DNA from: Candidatus Moraniibacteriota bacterium
GTDB lineage: Bacteria > Patescibacteriota > Minisyncoccia > Moranbacterales > UBA11712
Direction: 5' to 3'
Assembly: GCA_028695025.1 (NCBI GenBank)
Contig: JAQVJV010000004.1
Coordinates: 1-56,124 of the forward strand
DNA length: 56,124 nt
The notes beneath the pieces were generated by a model. That model was given only the letters and a program-made list of their open reading frames with translations. It was not told the DNA's origin and made no database searches. Positions within the stretch are counted from its first letter, which is position 1, and every line of letters begins with the position of its first letter. Below are positions 52,791 to 56,124 of the stretch, one piece after another. The translations under genes and the position numbers were made by a program.

Positions 52791-52928
52791 CTAAACCGCG
52801 AGTTTTTTTCTCCCTTTTTGGCGGCGCCGTTTCAAAACTTCCTGGCCGTCTTTCGTCGCCATGCGTTTTCTGAATCCGTGCCGGCTCACCCTTCTCTTTT
52901 TCTTGGGTTGATAGGTTCTTTTTGGCAT
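52791..52928 (-). CDS. rpmH: 50S ribosomal protein L34
   Basis: Hand translation: [45 protein letters not shown] (45 aa). Too short to appear in the ORF track. Confidence 0.95.
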   Translation of the reverse strand: MPKRTYQPKKKRRVSRHGFRKRMATKDGQEVLKRRRQKGRKKLAV

Positions 52929-53100
52929 ATTTTTCTTAATTTAACTCCCTTGAGTTTACCAATAAAACCCAAAATGGTCAATTATCCCGCCATCTTGCCA
53001 TTCAGGAGAAAATCCACTATTCTTTCAACAGGTTATCAACAGATATATCCCCATATATTATCAACCTCCTTTTAGGCTCGTGGTATAATACTCTCAATAT
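52929..53100 (+). promoter_or_regulatory. rpmH-dnaA spacer: dnaA promoter plus degenerate DnaA-box-like sites
   Basis: TGgTATAAT at 53081..53089, 11 nt before the ATG. Box-like sites: TTATCAACA 53033..53041, TTATCAACC 53058..53066, AAATCCACT 53010..53018, TTATCCCGC 52982..52990. Confidence 0.55.
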
Positions 53101-54495
53101 ATGGATAAAATGACAAATAATGAAATTTGGCAGGCCGTCCTTGGAGAAATTGAGCTTTCCGTGTCTCCCGCCAATTTCGTCACCTGGTTCAAAAACACTT
53201 CCATAATCTCAATCAGCCAGGGAAAAGTGAATATCCGCGTCCCCAACGGGTTCGCCAAAGAATGGCTGGAAAATAAATACAACCGCTATATTTTGAACGC
53301 GCTTCGCAATTTCATCAAAGATGTTCGCGAGATTTCCTGCTCCGTCGTGGCCGTTGCACCAGAAGAGGCTACTCCAAAAGTGGTCGATTCGGCTGCTTCA
53401 ACCAGCCCAGCCGCCCAACCCGGCCCCATCCATCAAAAAATCAGCCACGAAAGCTTGAGTTTGCGGGCCAATCTTAACCCCCGATACACTTTTGACAGCT
53501 TCGTCGTCGGCGCCAATAATGAACTAGCTCACGCGGCTTGCGAAGCCATCGCCAAAAACCCGGGAAACGCCTATAACCCGCTTTTTATATACGGGGGCGT
53601 AGGCCTTGGAAAGACCCACCTCCTGCAATCGGTCGGAAACGCGCTCCTTGCTGAAAATCCGGACACCAAAATCATCTACGCCACCGCCGAATATTTCACC
53701 AATCAATATGTTGACATGGTGAAAAACAAGCAGGCCCATGAGTTCAAGCGGGCCTACCTCGACTCCGACCTGCTCCTCATTGACGACATCCAATTCATCG
53801 GCGGAAAAGAAAAAACCCAGGAAGAATTTTTTCACGTCTTCAACACCCTCCATCAAACCGGAAAACAAATCGTCCTCACAAGCGACCGGCCTCCCAAAGC
53901 CATCGCTATGCTTGAAGAGCGCCTACGCTCCCGCTTTGAAGGCGGCATGATTGCCGATGTTTCCCGGCCGGATGTGGAAACCCGCATTGCCATCCTCCAA
54001 AACAAACTGGTCGAGAAAAAAGTTTCCCTGGAAATAGGCAATGAGGTGTTGAGCTACATCGCCAGCAATATCCAACACAACATCCGCGAATTGGAAGGAG
54101 CTCTCAACCGGGTGATCGCCGCTTGCGAACTCAACCAATCCGAACCAAACCTAACCAACGTCAAAAAAATTCTAGGGGACATCATCCATTCCGGAAAGAA
54201 AAAAGGGGTGAATTTCAAGCAAATTATCCAAGCTGTAGCTGAATATTACGACATTGCCACAAGCGACCTCGTGAACCGCTGCCGGCGCCGAGACATCGTG
54301 AAACCGCGCCAAATCGCCATGTATCTTATGCGTTCCGAACTTCAAGCCTCCTATCCGGGAATAGGCGAGCAATTGGGCGGACGGGATCACACCACTGCCA
54401 TGCACGCTTTTGAAAAAATTTCCAAAGAACTCGAAAAAGAAGAATCCCTTGAACAGGAAATAAACATAATCAAAAGCAAAATTTATTCCGAGTAA
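53101..54495 (+). CDS. dnaA: Chromosomal replication initiator DnaA
   Basis: NPLFIYGGVGLGKTHLL, LLLIDDIQF, a C-terminal DNA-binding domain (PRQIAMYLMR...GGRDHTTAMHA). Confidence 0.98.
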   Translation: MDKMTNNEIWQAVLGEIELSVSPANFVTWFKNTSIISISQGKVNIRVPNGFAKEWLENKYNRYILNALRNFIKDVREISCSVVAVAPEEATPKVVDSAASTSPAAQPGPIHQKISHESLSLRANLNPRYTFDSFVVGANNELAHAACEAIAKNPGNAYNPLFIYGGVGLGKTHLLQSVGNALLAENPDTKIIYATAEYFTNQYVDMVKNKQAHEFKRAYLDSDLLLIDDIQFIGGKEKTQEEFFHVFNTLHQTGKQIVLTSDRPPKAIAMLEERLRSRFEGGMIADVSRPDVETRIAILQNKLVEKKVSLEIGNEVLSYIASNIQHNIRELEGALNRVIAACELNQSEPNLTNVKKILGDIIHSGKKKGVNFKQIIQAVAEYYDIATSDLVNRCRRRDIVKPRQIAMYLMRSELQASYPGIGEQLGGRDHTTAMHAFEKISKELEKEESLEQEINIIKSKIYSE

Positions 54496-54756
54496 GTTGG
54501 TGAAAAGTTGTGGCTAAGTTATATATAAACAGCAAGTTAACTCCAAAAATTACTGTGCATACAATTGGGATAAAAAAATAAATTAATTTTCAAAAATTAT
54601 TGTCCACATTTTTATCCAATCCAGCATTCACCTTATGCACATTTACCCCTACTCACTTTACCCAATTAAATCATAGCGTTTTACCACTCATCCCCACTAT
54701 CCACAGCCCTAATAATAAACAACAATTAAAAATAATATATTAATTACTATATTTAT
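54496..54756. other. Putative oriC (DnaA-box cluster plus AT-rich unwinding region)
   Basis: TTGTCCACA 54600..54608, TTATCCAAT 54612..54620, TTATGCACA 54633..54641, CTATCCACA 54697..54705. Inverted boxes tgtggctaa 54509..54517 and tgtgcatac 54554..54562. Almost pure A/T at 54711..54756. Confidence 0.7.
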
Positions 54757-55932
54757 ATGAAAGCGCTTTGCACTTCAGAAAACCTAAAGAAAGGAGTTTT
54801 GTCAGCTGAAAAAATTATCGGGAAAAGTCTGACTCTTCCTATCCTCTCGAATATCCTTCTTGAAGTGGAAAAGGGCGGAATCAGGATTTCTGCCACGAAT
54901 TTGGAAATTGGCCTGGTGGCAAAAATCCGGGCCAAAGTGGAAAAAGAAGGGAAGGTTGCCATTCCCGGAAGGATTGCTGGGGGGATTCTTTCTCAATTGA
55001 GCGACGGAGGTAAGATTAATCTTGAGGAAAATAATAATACTCTCAAATTTATCTATAATGGCAATTCAGCGGCAATAAAGGGGATGGACGCGAAAGATTT
55101 TCCTATTATTCCAAAACCGCAATCCGCGCCCCTTTTTGAAATTTCAGCGGATGATTTTCAAAAAAAAGTGGGGAGCATCCTGGTTTCGGCGGCAACCTCC
55201 GACACGCGTCAGGAACTCACGGGGGTGTATATGGAATTTTCCGAAAACAAGATTATTTTTGCCACAACGGACAGTTTTCGCCTGGCGGAGGCGGTGTTGA
55301 AACTGAAAAAGGAGGATATAGCCGAGGATTATAAGCACTACTTGGCAAAAAATAAGTCGGTCATCATTCCGGCGAGAACCATTTCGGAGGTTATCCGGGC
55401 GATTTCCATGGAAGACGGGAAAATAAAAGTGTATCTTGAGGAAAATCAAATATTCTTTGAATCACCCGATATTTTGGTTGTTTCCCGGCTTATTGACGGG
55501 AAATACCCAGAATATAAACAAGTTATCCCCAAGGAGTTTATGACAAAGGTGATTTTAAAAAAAGAAGACTTATTGAAAGCGACCCGGCTGGCGGGAGTGT
55601 TTTCTGATTCCAAGAGCCGGGAAGTGAAGCTCAAAATTAGTGATGGAAAAGGGGCTTCCGCGGAAGAATATCATCCGGGGAAAATGACGGTCTTTGCGGA
55701 ATCGGTCGAGGCGGGGGAGGGATCCTGGAGCGTGGACTGCGCGGTGAGCGGACAGGGGGGGGTTGAAGTGGCTTTCAATAACCGTTATCTGGTGGACGGG
55801 TTGAATTCTCTGGGGATGGAAGATGTTTCGCTTGAGCTCAACGATTCTTTCGGGCCGGTGATGTTCCGGGAAATCGCCGGAGGAAAACCAAAAGCGGATT
55901 ATTTCCATATCGTCATGCCTATCCGAAGCTAG
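54757..55932 (+). CDS. dnaN: DNA polymerase III beta sliding clamp
   Basis: Position after dnaA. LTLPILSNILLEV, ISATNLEIG, ATDSFRLA, VVSRLIDGKYPEYKQVIP, FNNRYLVDGL. Confidence 0.95.
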   Translation: MKALCTSENLKKGVLSAEKIIGKSLTLPILSNILLEVEKGGIRISATNLEIGLVAKIRAKVEKEGKVAIPGRIAGGILSQLSDGGKINLEENNNTLKFIYNGNSAAIKGMDAKDFPIIPKPQSAPLFEISADDFQKKVGSILVSAATSDTRQELTGVYMEFSENKIIFATTDSFRLAEAVLKLKKEDIAEDYKHYLAKNKSVIIPARTISEVIRAISMEDGKIKVYLEENQIFFESPDILVVSRLIDGKYPEYKQVIPKEFMTKVILKKEDLLKATRLAGVFSDSKSREVKLKISDGKGASAEEYHPGKMTVFAESVEAGEGSWSVDCAVSGQGGVEVAFNNRYLVDGLNSLGMEDVSLELNDSFGPVMFREIAGGKPKADYFHIVMPIRS

Positions 55933-55975
55933 GGCCTAAAAACACAAAATAAAACCTTTTCGCGTATAAAAAATC

Positions 55976-56124
55976 ATGGGCATTGCCGCAAAAAGAATAA
56001 TAATTTATGCTTCCTTGTCTGCTTTGGCGGCGGCTGTTTTTTACTATAAGCCCTATCTTGAAGATTTTTATTCGCTGTCCAAGGAAAAAGTTGCCAGTTT
56101 CGAATCAGTGCTTTCCGATTCCGT
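55976..56124 (+). CDS. N-terminal part of a membrane-anchored hypothetical protein (runs off the window)
   Basis: MGIAAKRIIIYASLSALAAAVFYYKPYLEDF... Confidence 0.35.
   Translation, partial: MGIAAKRIIIYASLSALAAAVFYYKPYLEDFYSLSKEKVASFESVLSDS

Noticed and set aside
1-56124. An alternative genetic code (UGA recoding, as in some CPR lineages), and CRISPR arrays or rRNA genes.
   Set aside because: All conserved genes read through cleanly with the standard code and end at normal stops, including TGA. No repeat-spacer periodicity of 25-40 bp and no rRNA-like segment was seen.

Overview
Origin-proximal 56-kb stretch of a small, streamlined bacterial genome. The gene content (short 4-domain S1, one Xer recombinase, TrmB-like regulator, four-helix-bundle 'rRNA-IVS' protein, T4SS-type pilins, many tiny membrane ORFs) and the repeat vocabulary suggest a Candidate Phyla Radiation / Patescibacteria-type organism. 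That assignment is inference only. The standard genetic code fits all long ORFs. Layout: (i) 0.1-17.7 kb holds housekeeping genes (rpsA, cmk, tilS, ftsH, tRNA-Val, tRNA-Met(CAT), xer, LysM-CHAP hydrolase, pcrA/uvrD, rpsO-NYN-pnp) plus a doubly frameshifted nucleotidyltransferase pseudogene. (ii) 17.7-21.5 kb is a visibly AT-richer accessory islet. It contains about 650 bp of promoter-bearing, highly structured non-coding DNA, a leaderless operon of three micro membrane peptides, an IS5-family transposase and several small membrane proteins. (iii) 21.5-29.4 kb holds a trmB-like gene, yraN, a dksA-like gene, lspA, comM, a G5/3D wall protein, rsmA with an in-frame palindromic insertion, and a UbiA-fusion protein. 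(iv) 29.5-46.4 kb is a 17-kb co-directional cluster encoding a minimal, Gram-positive-style type IV secretion/pilus-like apparatus. Its parts are PrgI/VirB3-like, VirB4 split into two ORFs, VirB6-like, two VirB2-like pilins (one fused to a lytic transglycosylase), an Ivy-like inhibitor, Ca-binding repeat surface proteins, a CPBP-like protease and a TolB-like propeller. No coupling protein or relaxase is in view, and the cluster is peppered with a GATC-rich repeat family. This is the most interesting part of the window. (v) 46.4-51.1 kb holds surface-glycan genes (two O-antigen-ligase-like paralogs, GT2, flippase). (vi) 51.2-56.1 kb is the canonical jag-yidC-rnpA-rpmH / dnaA-dnaN origin region with DnaA-box clusters. 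No rRNA gene and no CRISPR array were seen. All calls come from reading the sequence and the ORF translations; no searches were run.
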